Below, in pieces: positions 1 to 11,142 of a stretch of DNA of 34,360 nt; within the stretch, counting starts at the first letter, position 1, and each line of letters starts with the position of its first letter. Both the position numbers and the translations under genes were made by a program. Source of the DNA: Candidatus Nitrotoga sp. (GTDB taxonomy: Bacteria; Pseudomonadota; Gammaproteobacteria; Burkholderiales; Gallionellaceae); contig JANONT010000138.1 of assembly GCA_031420955.1 (NCBI GenBank), forward strand, positions 1-34,360, in the 5' to 3' direction. Under the pieces are notes generated by a model, which saw only the letters and a list, made by a program, of their open reading frames with translations, was not told the origin of the DNA and did not search any database.

Positions 1-1
1 G

Positions 2-241
2 CGCGTGCAAGATAAACCAGGCGTGTTAGCCGACATCACCCGTATCCTCGCCGATGAACAAATCTCCATCGACGCGATGATGCAAAAAGAACCCGCTGAG
101 GGCGAAGACCAAACAGACTTGATTATGCTCACCCACCAGACGCGCGAGAAGCGCATCAACGCGGCGATCAGAAAGATTGAAGCATTGACAGTGGTGGCAG
201 GCGAAGTGACCAAGTTGCGGCTGGAAGAGTTGGGGAAATAA
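2..241 (+). CDS. hom: Homoserine dehydrogenase, C-terminal ACT domain (5' truncated by window edge)
   Basis: DKPGVLADITRILAD..ISIDAMMQKEP...LTHQTRE is the typical betaproteobacterial Hom ACT domain; lies upstream of thrC. Confidence 0.9.
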   Translation, partial: RVQDKPGVLADITRILADEQISIDAMMQKEPAEGEDQTDLIMLTHQTREKRINAAIRKIEALTVVAGEVTKLRLEELGK

Positions 242-243
242 CC

Positions 244-1119
244 ATGACCATACGTCGTGGCATGACTTCAGAACAATTTTTGCGGCATTTACAGTCTCAT
301 GCCGAGTCTTTTGCAGCCGCAGTTGCTACCAATGAGGGCGACTGGATCATCAAGGGATTCATTGACGTTTATCAGCGCATCTACACTATCTCTGTGGATA
401 CCAAAATTATTTCCAAGGTTCTCGAACTGCTGCTTTTTCCGATGTTCGTTGAGTTCGGCAAGCAGCATCGGTTGGAAATCGAGCTGTCACCCCATCAAAA
501 CTTTTACCCCGACCTAACGTTCATAGATAAAAAAACTGGAAACAAATTTGCTGTCGATATAAAAAGCACCTATCGAGTGGATGATGCGAGTGTAAATGGC
601 ATGACGCTAGGCGCATTCACTGGTTACTTCCGTAATCGCAAGAGCCAAAAAAATACGTTATATCCGTATGGCGAATATCAAGGGCATTTTGTTCTAGGTG
701 TGATCTATTCAAAGCCGAAGAATGCCATTGATGAAAGAAAGCAGTACTCATTGAAAGACATTAAAAAAATTCCATCTGTAATTAAGGATTTTCAGTTTTT
801 TGCACAACCCAAATATCGTATTGCAGCGTCAAGGCCAGGGAGCGGCAACACCAAGAACATCGGTTCTACGGTGCGAATTGAACACCTAATGAATGGTGCT
901 GGTGTTTTTGCAAAGTTGGGCGAAGAACTCTATGACGATTATTGGATGTTCTATTTGACCAAAGATATGGCTAAGGCATTAGACATTGAACGACCATATA
1001 CTAATTTAAAAACTTATCTCGATTACAAACAGCGTGGAGTTGATACGTTGCGCAAATACGAAAAAGAAATTTTATCGCTTAGTGATGACGAGCCGAGTGG
1101 TGAGGAAGGCGAGCAATGA
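244..1119 (+). CDS. EcoRV-family type II restriction endonuclease
   Basis: EcoRV-like motifs DTKIISKVLEL, QNFYPD...VDIKSTY (PD...D-x-K), TLGAFTGYFRN, and GSGNTKNIGS (EcoRV recognition loop is GSGNTTNIGS). Confidence 0.9.
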   Translation: MTIRRGMTSEQFLRHLQSHAESFAAAVATNEGDWIIKGFIDVYQRIYTISVDTKIISKVLELLLFPMFVEFGKQHRLEIELSPHQNFYPDLTFIDKKTGNKFAVDIKSTYRVDDASVNGMTLGAFTGYFRNRKSQKNTLYPYGEYQGHFVLGVIYSKPKNAIDERKQYSLKDIKKIPSVIKDFQFFAQPKYRIAASRPGSGNTKNIGSTVRIEHLMNGAGVFAKLGEELYDDYWMFYLTKDMAKALDIERPYTNLKTYLDYKQRGVDTLRKYEKEILSLSDDEPSGEEGEQ

Positions 1120-2042
1120 GTTCTCCACCACTTGTTCCACCGATCAAATGCCAAGGAATAAAAACTAAACTGGTCGGTGAAATAGCTAATTTAGCTGGAG
1201 AAATTCCGACTGGTAAATGGATCGAGCCTTTCTGTGGTTCGTGTGTCGTGGCATTAAATCTTCAGCCTAAGCGCGCCCTGCTATGTGATTCAAATATTCA
1301 CATAATTCAGTTTTACAAGGACATTCAATCGGGCATCATCACTCATCTTGATGTGCGAGAGTATTTAAGAGGTCAAGGGGAAAAACTACTCACTATTGGA
1401 GAGGCGTATTTTTACGAGGTGCGAGAACGTTTTAATCAGTCTCCCAATTCTTTTGATTTTCTTTTTCTAAACAGATCATGTTTTAACGGTGTGATGCGAT
1501 TTAATCGTTCTGGAAAATTTAATGTTCCGTTTTGTCGAAAGCCGGAGCGTTTTGCTCAATCCTACATCACTAAAATTGTGAACCAGGTACAAACCATTTC
1601 TAAAGTGGTGGCGGCGTCTGATTGGGAATTTAAGGTTGCTGGTTTTCGTGAATCGATTGCTATGGCGGAGAGTGATGATGTTGTTTATGCAGATCCTCCC
1701 TATGCAGGTCGCCACACAGATTATTTCAATACATGGTCAGATCAGGATGAGGCCGATTTAGCGGATATGCTTGCCAGTTTATCGGGAAAATTTATTCTCT
1801 CTACTTGGCATAGCAATGAATTTAGAACGAACCTGCAGGTAGAAAAAAATTGGGGATCGGATCAATTTCATATTTATACCAAGGCGCATTATTACCATGT
1901 CGGGGCAGCTGAAGAGCTTCGGCATCCCATGCTGGAGGCATTGATAACAAACTTTGGATATAGCCAAACCTTGGGTAGGCATGAAGCGCGTCAACAATCA
2001 TTGTTTGTTGAACAGCCTCGTGCGCATTACGTTCCTATTTAA
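1116..2042 (+). CDS. N6-adenine DNA methyltransferase, Dam/M.EcoRV (D12) family
   Basis: VPPIKCQGIKTKL N-terminus like M.EcoRV; EPFCGS motif I, FNGVMRFN, DPPY motif IV; ATGA overlap with the endonuclease stop. Confidence 0.92.
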   Translation: MSSPPLVPPIKCQGIKTKLVGEIANLAGEIPTGKWIEPFCGSCVVALNLQPKRALLCDSNIHIIQFYKDIQSGIITHLDVREYLRGQGEKLLTIGEAYFYEVRERFNQSPNSFDFLFLNRSCFNGVMRFNRSGKFNVPFCRKPERFAQSYITKIVNQVQTISKVVAASDWEFKVAGFRESIAMAESDDVVYADPPYAGRHTDYFNTWSDQDEADLADMLASLSGKFILSTWHSNEFRTNLQVEKNWGSDQFHIYTKAHYYHVGAAEELRHPMLEALITNFGYSQTLGRHEARQQSLFVEQPRAHYVPI

Positions 2043-2056
2043 GGCAAGAAATCAAA

Positions 2057-3490
2057 ATGAACTACATCTCCACCCGTGGCAATTCACCCGCCAAAACATT
2101 TACCGAAATCCTGCTCGGCGGCCTCGCCCCTGATGGCGGACTGTATCTGCCGGAGCAATATCCGCAGGTGACCAGGCCTGAGCTGGATGCCTGGCGCAAG
2201 CTGTCCTACGCCGATCTCGCGTTCGCGGTGCTGTCCAAGTTCGCCACCGATATTCCGGTGGCTGATCTCAAGGCTATCATCGGCAAAACCTACACCGCAG
2301 AGGTGTACAGCAACGGTCGCGCCGATTTCGATTTTGCGCAAATTACGCCGCTACGCACCTTGGAAAAAGATTTGCATATCCTCGAATTATCCAACGGCCC
2401 GACGCTGGCCTTTAAAGATATGGCGATGCAGTTGCTGGGTAATTTATTTGAATACGCGCTGGATAAGCAGCATGCAGAATTAAATATTCTCGGCGCGACC
2501 TCCGGCGATACCGGCTCCGCTGCGGAATATGCGATGCGCGGCAAGCGCGGCATCCGGGTGTTTATGTTATCGCCGAATGGAAAAATGAGCGCGTTCCAGC
2601 GCGCGCAAATGTATTCGCTAGCCGATAAAAATATCTACAACATTGCTGTGAACGGCATGTTTGATGACGCGCAAGACATGGTGAAAGCCGTGTCCAACGA
2701 CCACGCTTTTAAAGCTAAATACAAAATCGGCACGGTCAATTCGATCAACTGGGGTCGCGTGTCAGCGCAGATTGTGTATTACTTCAAAGGTTATTTTGCG
2801 GCGACCAAATCTAACGATGAGCAGGTGGCGTTCTCAGTTCCCTCTGGAAATTTCGGCAACATTTGCGCGGGGCACATTGCGCGCATGATGGGACTACCCA
2901 TCGCGCAACTCATCGCGGCGACTAACGAGAATGATGTGCTGGACGAATTTTTTCGCACCGGTGTGTACCGCCCGCGCGGCACGGCGCACACTTACCAGAC
3001 CAGCAGCCCTTCTATGGATATTTCTAAGGCTTCTAATTTTGAGCGATTTATGTTTGATTTGGTTGGGCGTGATGCGGCTAAGGTGCGTGAGCTTTGGAGC
3101 CAGGTTGACGCGGGCGGAGCCTTCAATATTAGCGATACGGTTTACTGGAATAACTTGCCCAAATTTAATTTTGCATCGGGCAAAAGTAGCCATGCGGATC
3201 GCCTCCACACCATACGTGAAATGTGGCAAAAATATCATGTCATGATCGACCCGCACACCGCCGACGGCATCAAAGTTGGGCTGGCGCAACGTCGCGCTGG
3301 CTTACCGCTGATCTGCCTGGAAACCGCGCTACCAGCGAAGTTTGAAGAGACTATTATCGAAGCGTTAAATCGTAAACCGGAGCGTCCTTCCGAGCTGAAA
3401 AATATTGAAAACTTAGCGCAACGCTATGTGGTGATGGATGCCGATGTGTCGCAGCTTAAAGACTACATCGCGGCAAATGTGGTGCTGTGA
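2057..3490 (+). CDS. thrC: Threonine synthase
   Basis: YISTRG, GLAPDGGLY, GPTLAFKD (PLP lysine), ATSGDTGSAA, SVPSGNFGN. Confidence 0.97.
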   Translation: MNYISTRGNSPAKTFTEILLGGLAPDGGLYLPEQYPQVTRPELDAWRKLSYADLAFAVLSKFATDIPVADLKAIIGKTYTAEVYSNGRADFDFAQITPLRTLEKDLHILELSNGPTLAFKDMAMQLLGNLFEYALDKQHAELNILGATSGDTGSAAEYAMRGKRGIRVFMLSPNGKMSAFQRAQMYSLADKNIYNIAVNGMFDDAQDMVKAVSNDHAFKAKYKIGTVNSINWGRVSAQIVYYFKGYFAATKSNDEQVAFSVPSGNFGNICAGHIARMMGLPIAQLIAATNENDVLDEFFRTGVYRPRGTAHTYQTSSPSMDISKASNFERFMFDLVGRDAAKVRELWSQVDAGGAFNISDTVYWNNLPKFNFASGKSSHADRLHTIREMWQKYHVMIDPHTADGIKVGLAQRRAGLPLICLETALPAKFEETIIEALNRKPERPSELKNIENLAQRYVVMDADVSQLKDYIAANVVL

Positions 3491-3552
3491 ACGGGTAGTG
3501 GATAACGGGTAGAATGTCGGTCTTTAACGCATAACTTATTAGAGCAAAACTG

Positions 3553-3580
3553 CGTCATTCCCGCGCAGGCGGGAATGACG
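3553..3580. repeat. Perfect 12-bp palindrome containing a dRS3-format core (ATTCCC-N8-GGGAAT)
   Basis: CGTCATTCCCGC-GCAG-GCGGGAATGACG in the thrC-xseB intergenic region; no U-tract follows. Confidence 0.7.
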
Positions 3581-3588
3581 GGTCTAAT

Positions 3589-3644
3589 TGAATAATTTGG
3601 GTTGAATTATTCGGGGTGAATTATTTTGGATAAATTACGGGCAA
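3589..3644. repeat. Four degenerate 14-bp tandem repeats upstream of xseB
   Basis: TGAATAATTTGGGT / TGAATTATTCGGGG / TGAATTATTTTGGA / TAAATTACGGGCAA. Confidence 0.5.
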
Positions 3645-3647
3645 AAA

Positions 3648-3920
3648 ATGGCTACAAAAACACCTAAGGTTTTGAGTTTTGAAGCTGCGCTAGCCGAGCT
3701 AGAAAAAGTTGTGGCGGACATGGAAACAGGCAAGCTCACGCTAGAAGATTCACTCACGGCCTATAAACGCGGTGCGGAATTATTGCAAATTTGTCGCGGG
3801 CGTTTGCAAGATGTGCAGCAGCAAGTGCAAGTGCTAGAAGAGGGCGTGTTGAAAAATTTTGTTGATCCGCTCACTCAGGATGCAAGCCCATCGGATAGCT
3901 TTGGACGCGAACATGTCTGA
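3648..3920 (+). CDS. xseB: Exodeoxyribonuclease VII small subunit
   Basis: SFEAALAELEKVVADMETGKLTLEDSLTAYKRG; conserved xseB-ispA-dxs order. Confidence 0.95.
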   Translation: MATKTPKVLSFEAALAELEKVVADMETGKLTLEDSLTAYKRGAELLQICRGRLQDVQQQVQVLEEGVLKNFVDPLTQDASPSDSFGREHV

Positions 3921-4809
3921 GGCAGATTTTCAGCTTTGGGCGCGTGCGCATCAAGAACGTTTTGAGAAACAATTAGCCCAACTGCTGCCCTCTCCCGACA
4001 TTACCCCCCAACGATTACATGCCGCTATGCGTTACAGCGTTTTGGAGGGGGGTAAACGTGTGCGACCCTTGTTAGCATTTGCTGCGGGAGAATTGGTGCG
4101 TGCCGATCAAACGCGCCTAGATAGGGTGGCAGCGGCGGTGGAGTGCATTCATGCCTATTCGTTAGTACATGACGATATGCCGTGCATGGATGACGATGTG
4201 CTGCGGCGCGGCAAACCAACTTGCCATGTGGAATATGACGAAGCCACCGCGCTGCTGGTAGGTGACGCGCTGCAAAGTTTGGCCTTTCAATTACTCGCCG
4301 AACACACCCTCAATGATGATCCCGCACAGCAACTAAAAATGGTACGCCTGCTGGCTGTGGCCTCCGGTTCGCGCGGCATGGCAGGTGGGCAGGCGATAGA
4401 TTTGGCGAGCGTGGGCAAGCACCTCAGCTTGCCGGAATTAGAGTTAATGCACATCCATAAAACGGGCGCGCTCATACGCGCTGCAGTGGTGTTGGGAGCA
4501 CGTTGTGGCAATGATTTAACCGAGGGGGAATTGAAACGATTAGATCATTTTGGAAAATGCGTGGGGCTGGCTTTTCAAGTAGTGGACGACGTGCTGGATA
4601 GTGAGGCCGATACCGCCACGCTGGGCAAAACCGCAGGCAAAGATGCCGATCACGGCAAGCCCACTTATGTCACTTTGCTCGGTGTGCAAGCTGCGAAAAA
4701 AATGGCTGCCGAGCTACACGCTGAGGCGCTGGACGCGCTGACTACTTTTGGTCAACCTGCACATAGATTGCGGCAGTTGGCGGATTTTATTTTGTTCAGA
4801 AAATTTTAA
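3913..4809 (+). CDS. ispA: Farnesyl diphosphate synthase
   Basis: [44 protein letters not shown]; start placed at ATG 3913. Confidence 0.96.
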   Translation: MSEADFQLWARAHQERFEKQLAQLLPSPDITPQRLHAAMRYSVLEGGKRVRPLLAFAAGELVRADQTRLDRVAAAVECIHAYSLVHDDMPCMDDDVLRRGKPTCHVEYDEATALLVGDALQSLAFQLLAEHTLNDDPAQQLKMVRLLAVASGSRGMAGGQAIDLASVGKHLSLPELELMHIHKTGALIRAAVVLGARCGNDLTEGELKRLDHFGKCVGLAFQVVDDVLDSEADTATLGKTAGKDADHGKPTYVTLLGVQAAKKMAAELHAEALDALTTFGQPAHRLRQLADFILFRKF

Positions 4810-4822
4810 TAGAGAAATACTC

Positions 4823-6697
4823 ATGATCGGGTTACTCGAAACCATCAATACCCCAGATGCTTTGCGTCAATTAGAACGTAGACAGCTGCCGCAACTCGCG
4901 CAAGAGCTACGCCATTTTTTGGTGGATTCAGTCAGCAAAACTGGCGGACATTTGTCCTCAAATCTGGGCACGATAGAGCTGACTATCGCCCTGCATTATA
5001 TTTTTAACACGCCGCACGACAGATTGGTGTGGGATGTCGGCCACCAAACTTACGCGCACAAAATTCTCACGGGTCGCCGCGAGGCGATGAAAACGCTGCG
5101 TATGGCAGGCGGTATTTCGGGTTTTCCTAAGCGCGACGAAAGTGAGTACGACGCGTTTGGCACAGCACATTCCAGCACCTCGATTTCAGCAGCATTAGGC
5201 ATGGCAGTGGCCGCGCAATTGGCGGGCAGCGACCGCCGCGCCGTGGCGATTATCGGTGATGGCGCGCTCAGCGGCGGCATGGCGTTTGAGGCGTTGAACA
5301 ACGCGGGCGCGATGTCCTCCACCAATTTGCTCGTGGTGTTGAATGACAACGATATGTCCATCTCGCGTCCGGTAGGCGCGCTGAATAATTACCTGGCGAA
5401 ATTAATGTCAGGAAAATTTTATTCGACCATGCGTCGCGGCAGCGAAAAAATGTTGAAGGGAATGCCGCCCGTGCTGGAATTTGCCAAGCGCGCGGAAGAG
5501 CACGTCAAGGGCATGATTACCCCCGGCACGCTGTTTGAAGAATTCGGCTTCAATTATATCGGCCCGATTGACGGACATGATCTGGATACACTGGTCACCA
5601 CACTCAACAACATCCGCGCGCTAGAAGGGCCGCAGTTTTTGCATGTGGTCACGCAAAAAGGCAAGGGTTACGCACAGGCCGAGGCTGACTGTTTGCTCTA
5701 TCACGGCGTGGGTAAATTTGATCCTGTGCAAGGCATTATTGCCAAGCCAGCTAAAGATGCCAAGCCTACTTACACGCAGGTTTTCGGCACATGGTTGTGT
5801 GATATGGCCGAGCAAGATAAACGTGTGATCGGCATTACCCCCGCGATGTGCGAAGGCTCAGGTATGGTGGAATTTGCGCGCAGATTTCCGGACAGATATT
5901 TTGATGTGGGCATCGCCGAGCAACACGCGCTGACCTTTGCCGCTGGGCTGGCGTGTGAGGGCATGAAACCGGTGGTGGCGATTTACTCAACCTTTTTGCA
6001 ACGCGCTTACGATCAATTAATTCACGACATCGCCATACAAAATCTTCCCGTTATCTTGGCGATAGATCGTGGTGGATTAGTCGGCGCAGATGGTGCAACG
6101 CACGCAGGCAGCTTTGATCTTAGCTTCTTGCGCTGCATTCCCAACATGGTCGTCATGACTCCGGCGGACGAAAACGAATGTCGCCAAATGTTGTTCACCG
6201 CCATGTCGTTGGATACCCCGACCGCCGTGCGCTACCCACGTGGCACCGGCCCTGGAGTCGCGCCGATAAAAGAAATGCAGGCACTGCCCATCGGTAAAGG
6301 CGAAATAAAACGCAAGGGTAAAGACGTGGCGATACTGGCGTTTGGCTCCATGTTCGCACCCGCCATGCAGACGGCAGAGTTATTGCGTGAGAGCGATGCA
6401 TTAAACCTCACCGTGGCCAACATGCGCTTCGTTAAGCCATTGGATACAGAATTAATTATGCACATCGCAGCAGCGCATGATCTGTTAATCACTGTGGAAG
6501 AAAATACTATACAAGGCGGCGCGGGCAGCGCAGTGGCGAAATGTTTGCAACAACATAATCTGCGTAACACGCTCGTGCAACTTGGCCTACCGGATAAATT
6601 TTTAGAGCAGGGTGAGCCAGCAAAGATGCTCGCAGACTGCGGCTTGGACGCAGCGGGGATTGCTGAAACGATACGGCAGAAAATGAAAGCTAAATAA
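4823..6697 (+). CDS. dxs: 1-deoxy-D-xylulose-5-phosphate synthase
   Basis: [21 protein letters not shown]...LNDN (TPP motif), [14 protein letters not shown]; start placed at ATG 4823. Confidence 0.97.
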   Translation: MIGLLETINTPDALRQLERRQLPQLAQELRHFLVDSVSKTGGHLSSNLGTIELTIALHYIFNTPHDRLVWDVGHQTYAHKILTGRREAMKTLRMAGGISGFPKRDESEYDAFGTAHSSTSISAALGMAVAAQLAGSDRRAVAIIGDGALSGGMAFEALNNAGAMSSTNLLVVLNDNDMSISRPVGALNNYLAKLMSGKFYSTMRRGSEKMLKGMPPVLEFAKRAEEHVKGMITPGTLFEEFGFNYIGPIDGHDLDTLVTTLNNIRALEGPQFLHVVTQKGKGYAQAEADCLLYHGVGKFDPVQGIIAKPAKDAKPTYTQVFGTWLCDMAEQDKRVIGITPAMCEGSGMVEFARRFPDRYFDVGIAEQHALTFAAGLACEGMKPVVAIYSTFLQRAYDQLIHDIAIQNLPVILAIDRGGLVGADGATHAGSFDLSFLRCIPNMVVMTPADENECRQMLFTAMSLDTPTAVRYPRGTGPGVAPIKEMQALPIGKGEIKRKGKDVAILAFGSMFAPAMQTAELLRESDALNLTVANMRFVKPLDTELIMHIAAAHDLLITVEENTIQGGAGSAVAKCLQQHNLRNTLVQLGLPDKFLEQGEPAKMLADCGLDAAGIAETIRQKMKAK

Positions 6698-6813
6698 TTC
6701 AGGTAGATTTTTTCTGACCGTTGGCACGCCTGCCCAAGCCCCCAGTTTGCAAAGCTCGCCCGCACGCTCTCACGGTATAATGCGTTTTTGTTTTTGATTG
6801 CTCCGCACACCTG

Positions 6814-7794
6814 ATGTTGATTTTTCGTGGCCTCCCTTCCATCCCGCCTTCCAGCCAGGCAGAATCTTCCGCGCTACCCCATTCCGGTCAAGATTTTCGT
6901 AGCCCGCTGGTCGCGCTGACCATAGGCAATTTTGATGGCGTGCATCAGGGTCATCAGGCATTGTTAAATCAACTGAGCGTGGTAGCAAAATCTCGTGGCC
7001 TGCCTACTGCGGTGCTGATTTTTGAGCCGCATCCACGCGAATTTCTTACCCCTGAACAAGCACCTGCGCGCTTGACTAGCTTGCGTGAAAAGCTGGAGTT
7101 GTTTTCTAAAATGGAAATTGATCGCGTGTATGTATGTCGCTTCAATACTCGCTTTGCACAAATCAGCGCGCAAGATTTCGTCGTTTCGCTGATTGAAAAA
7201 TTAGCCGCAAAATTTATTTTAGTGGGGGATGATTTTCGTTTTGGCAGTAAACGTACGGGTGATTTTTCTTTGATGCAACGCATCTGCCTAGCGCAGGGTG
7301 TGACCGTACAAGCCATGCCCAGCCTCCTGCGCGACGATGTGCGAATTTCCAGCACGGCGGTGCGCGCGGCATTGGCAGCGGGCGATTTGCAGGCTGCGAA
7401 AAATTATCTAGGGCGCAGTTACAGCATTAGCGGGCGCGTGGTGCATGGTGATGGCTTGGGTAGGAAGCTGGGTTTTCCCACGGCGAATATTCAACTCAAA
7501 CATAATTTTCCGCCGCTCACGGGGATTTTTGTCGTGCAAGTCGAGGGCGATGATCTGCCCTCTATGCGAGGCGTGGCCAGCCTCGGCATTCGCCCGACGG
7601 TGCATACAAACGGCAAGCCCGTGCTGGAAGTGCATTTATTTAATTTCTCAGGCGAGATTTACAACAAACATTTGCGCGTAGATTTTTTGCACAAATTGCG
7701 CGATGAAGAAAAGTATTCGAATGTAGAAATTTTGACGCAGCAAATTGCACGGGATGTGCAAGACGCAAAAGATTGGTTCTTACAACATGATTAA
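6814..7794 (+). CDS. ribF: Bifunctional riboflavin kinase/FAD synthetase
   Basis: [37 protein letters not shown]. Confidence 0.96.
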   Translation: MLIFRGLPSIPPSSQAESSALPHSGQDFRSPLVALTIGNFDGVHQGHQALLNQLSVVAKSRGLPTAVLIFEPHPREFLTPEQAPARLTSLREKLELFSKMEIDRVYVCRFNTRFAQISAQDFVVSLIEKLAAKFILVGDDFRFGSKRTGDFSLMQRICLAQGVTVQAMPSLLRDDVRISSTAVRAALAAGDLQAAKNYLGRSYSISGRVVHGDGLGRKLGFPTANIQLKHNFPPLTGIFVVQVEGDDLPSMRGVASLGIRPTVHTNGKPVLEVHLFNFSGEIYNKHLRVDFLHKLRDEEKYSNVEILTQQIARDVQDAKDWFLQHD

Positions 7795-7820
7795 TTATTC
7801 AAAGTAACAGGCTACCTGAC

Positions 7821-10652
7821 ATGACCGATTACAAAGCCACACTCAATCTACCCGACACACCCTTTCCCATGCGCGGTGACTTGGCGCGTCGCGAGCCGCA
7901 GATGCTGGCTGCATGGCAATCTCAGCAACGTTATCAAAAAATTCGCGCAGCCAGTGCAGGGCGCAAAAAATTTATTTTGCATGACGGCCCGCCGTATGCG
8001 AATGGCGATATTCATATCGGCCATGCGGTGAATAAAATTCTAAAAGACATGATCGTCAAAAGTAAAACGCTGTCCGGTTTTGACGCGCCTTACGTGCCAG
8101 GCTGGGATTGTCATGGCTTGCCGATTGAGCATCAGGTTGAAAAAACACACGGCAAAAATATTGCTCCCGCCGAGTTTCGCAAGCTGTGTCGCGCTTATGC
8201 GGCGGAGCAAGTCGAGCGGCAGAAAAAAGATTTTATCCGCCTAGGTGTGTTGGGCGACTGGGATCACCCTTATCTCACGATGAATTATAAAACCGAGGCG
8301 GGCATTATTCGCGCGCTGGGCAAGATTCAGCAAAGCGGTTATTTATATGCTGGGCAAAAGCCTGTGAATTGGTGTTTGGATTGCCAGTCCGCGCTGGCAG
8401 AGGCCGAGGTCGAGCACGAGGATAAAATTTCATCGGCGATTGATGTGGGCTTTGAAATAAAAGACACGCAAGCGGTGGGCAAAATTTTTGGCGTGTCGCT
8501 CGCAAAAAATGCAAAAGTGTATGCGGTGATTTGGACGACCACACCGTGGACTCTGCCTGCCAACCAAGCCGTGTGCGTGCATCCTGAGTTGCGTTATGAC
8601 CTGATTAAAACGGCAAGGGGATATTTGATATTGGCCTTTGATTTGGCTGCTGCGTGTTTAACGCGCTACCAACTTGCGGGCAGCAATGATAGAGGCGATG
8701 GCACGGCGGCATCGTGCGAAGGTGCAGCACTGCAAGGTTTGCGCGTGCAACATCCGTTTAATGATCGCAGCGTGCCGCTCATTTGTGGCGAGCATGTCAC
8801 GCTAGAGGCGGGGACGGGCTTGGTGCATACCGCTCCGGCGCACGGTGTGGACGATTATGTGGTCGGGCAGAAATATAATTTACCCACGAACAACCCAGTT
8901 GCAGACGATGGAAAATTTATTGCCAGTACCGAATTAGTCGGCGGATTATTTGTATGGAAAGCGAATGATGTGGTGGTGGACGCGCTTAAAAATAGCGGCC
9001 ATTTATTACAGTATGAAAAAATAAAACACAGCTATCCACATTGCTGGCGGCATAAAACGCCGATTATTTTTCGTGCCACGCCGCAATGGTTTATCAGTAT
9101 GGATAGGCCGACAGATTCTACTGACTCTTCTAATATCTATAGGCAGCTTTATGGAGCCGATTCATTAAGAGCCCGCGCTAATGTATCCGTCGAGCAAACG
9201 CAATTTTATCCCTCATGGGGACGCGCTCGCCTCGAAGCGATGATTAAAAATCGTCCCGATTGGTGCGTGTCGCGCCAACGTAGCTGGGGCGTGCCGATGC
9301 CATTTTTTATGCATCGCGAAACAGGGCAGTTGCATCCTGATACGCCCGCATTGCTGGAGCAGGTCGCTAAACTTGTTGAACAGCAAGGGATTGAAGCGTG
9401 GTTTAGTTTAGATGCGGCAGAATTACTGGGTGCCGATGCCACGCACTATAAAAAATTAACGCATACCCTCGATGTGTGGTTTGACTCTGGTAGCACGCAC
9501 GAGGCGGTGCTGCGCGGTGATTCGCGTTTGGCTTATCCCGCCGATCTTTATTTAGAAGGCTCGGATCAGCATAGAGGCTGGTTTCAGTCATCGCTTTTAA
9601 CAAGCTGCGCCATCAATGGCCGTGCGCCTTACGATGCCTTGCTCACGCACGGTTTTGTGGTGGATGGTCACGGCCACAAAATGTCCAAATCGAAAGGCAA
9701 TGTGATCGCCCCGCAGAAAATTTTGGACACGCTGGGCGCGGATATTCTGCGCCTGTGGGTGGCCTCTACCGACTATTCCGGCGAGATGACCATCTCCGAT
9801 GAAATCCTCAAGCGCGTGGTGGAAAGCTATCGGCGCATCCGCAACACACTGCGATTTTTACTGGCGAATACCGCAGATTTTGATGTAACCCGCGATGCCT
9901 TGCCGGTGACGGATTGGCTGGAGATTGATCGCTACGCGCTGACGATGATTCAAGATTTGCAAGAAGAAATTTTAGCGGACTATGCGCGTTATGAATTTCA
10001 TTCTGTGGTGCAAAAATTACAGACATTTTGCTCCGAGCAACTGGGCGGATTTTATCTTGATATATTGAAAGACAGGTTGTACACCAGTGCTGAAAACTCA
10101 GCTGCGCGCCGCTCTGCACAAAACGCGCTACATCATATTGTGCATAGTTTAACGCGACTCATCGCGCCCATGCTCAGCTTCACCGCTGAGGAAGTGTGGG
10201 AAAACTTAAGCAGTAAAAAAGACACCAGCGTGTTTGAGCAGCAATGGCATACGCTGCCTGCTACAGATGAAAGCTCGCTGCAAAATAATTGGACGGTGAT
10301 TTGTGACTGGCGCGCCAAGGCTAACAAACATATTGAAGATGTACGTGCTGCGGGACTGATTGGGCAAGCCTTAGCGGCAGAGGTGGATATTTATGCAGCG
10401 GGGGACGATTACAAAACATTAACACGCCTAGGCGATGATTTACGTTATGTGTTGATTACCTCGCGTGCCACGGTGCATGAAGTTTCCAGCGAAGCTGAGC
10501 AAAAAATTGTGGTCACGCCCAGCACGCATAGCAAGTGTGATCGCTGCTGGCATTATCGTGCTGACGTCGGTGTAGATGTACAACACCCACTGTTGTGCGG
10601 TAAATGCGTGAGCAATTTATTTGGTAAGGGCGAGGGCAGAAAATATGCGTAG
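7821..10652 (+). CDS. ileS: Isoleucine--tRNA ligase (type 1)
   Basis: [36 protein letters not shown]-terminal CDRCW...CGKC zinc finger. Confidence 0.98.
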   Translation: MTDYKATLNLPDTPFPMRGDLARREPQMLAAWQSQQRYQKIRAASAGRKKFILHDGPPYANGDIHIGHAVNKILKDMIVKSKTLSGFDAPYVPGWDCHGLPIEHQVEKTHGKNIAPAEFRKLCRAYAAEQVERQKKDFIRLGVLGDWDHPYLTMNYKTEAGIIRALGKIQQSGYLYAGQKPVNWCLDCQSALAEAEVEHEDKISSAIDVGFEIKDTQAVGKIFGVSLAKNAKVYAVIWTTTPWTLPANQAVCVHPELRYDLIKTARGYLILAFDLAAACLTRYQLAGSNDRGDGTAASCEGAALQGLRVQHPFNDRSVPLICGEHVTLEAGTGLVHTAPAHGVDDYVVGQKYNLPTNNPVADDGKFIASTELVGGLFVWKANDVVVDALKNSGHLLQYEKIKHSYPHCWRHKTPIIFRATPQWFISMDRPTDSTDSSNIYRQLYGADSLRARANVSVEQTQFYPSWGRARLEAMIKNRPDWCVSRQRSWGVPMPFFMHRETGQLHPDTPALLEQVAKLVEQQGIEAWFSLDAAELLGADATHYKKLTHTLDVWFDSGSTHEAVLRGDSRLAYPADLYLEGSDQHRGWFQSSLLTSCAINGRAPYDALLTHGFVVDGHGHKMSKSKGNVIAPQKILDTLGADILRLWVASTDYSGEMTISDEILKRVVESYRRIRNTLRFLLANTADFDVTRDALPVTDWLEIDRYALTMIQDLQEEILADYARYEFHSVVQKLQTFCSEQLGGFYLDILKDRLYTSAENSAARRSAQNALHHIVHSLTRLIAPMLSFTAEEVWENLSSKKDTSVFEQQWHTLPATDESSLQNNWTVICDWRAKANKHIEDVRAAGLIGQALAAEVDIYAAGDDYKTLTRLGDDLRYVLITSRATVHEVSSEAEQKIVVTPSTHSKCDRCWHYRADVGVDVQHPLLCGKCVSNLFGKGEGRKYA

Positions 10653-11130
10653 CTTGAGCGGGTGGTTGACCTTGAGTGCGCTGATTATTATCCTCGATCA
10701 AATCAGCAAAATCTGGATCACCCAACATTTTCTCTACGGTGAAAGTGTGCCTGTCACCCAATTTTTTAATCTGGTGCTCGTCCATAACAGCGGCGCGGCG
10801 TTCAGTTTTCTCAGTAGCGCGGGCGGCTGGCAACGCTGGTTTTTCAGCGCAATCGCGCTGGCTGCCTCCATTTGGATTACTTGGATGTTGCACAAACATC
10901 TGCACGAGAAACTATTCTGTTTCGCGCTCGCCCTGATATTAGGTGGCGCGTTGGGCAATTTAATTGATCGCGTGGCCTACGGCTATGTGGTGGACTTCTT
11001 GGATTTTTATTGGAATACTTACCACTTCCCCGCGTTTAATATCGCCGATTCGGCCATTACGTGCGGTGCAGCTTTAATGATTTGGGACGGGGTATTCAAG
11101 AAGTCCCCAGCGAATGTGAACCAACCATGA
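10645..11130 (+). CDS. lspA: Lipoprotein signal peptidase II
   Basis: [34 protein letters not shown]; ATG overlaps the ileS end. Confidence 0.96.
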   Translation: MRSLSGWLTLSALIIILDQISKIWITQHFLYGESVPVTQFFNLVLVHNSGAAFSFLSSAGGWQRWFFSAIALAASIWITWMLHKHLHEKLFCFALALILGGALGNLIDRVAYGYVVDFLDFYWNTYHFPAFNIADSAITCGAALMIWDGVFKKSPANVNQP

Positions 11131-11142
11131 TGGAGAGATAAC

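Noticed and set aside
6829-6903. Pro/Ser-rich N-terminal insert in RibF, and a short insert in IleS near 9100-9165
   Set aside because: Short in-frame variable loops; no intein, palindromic or repeat signature visible
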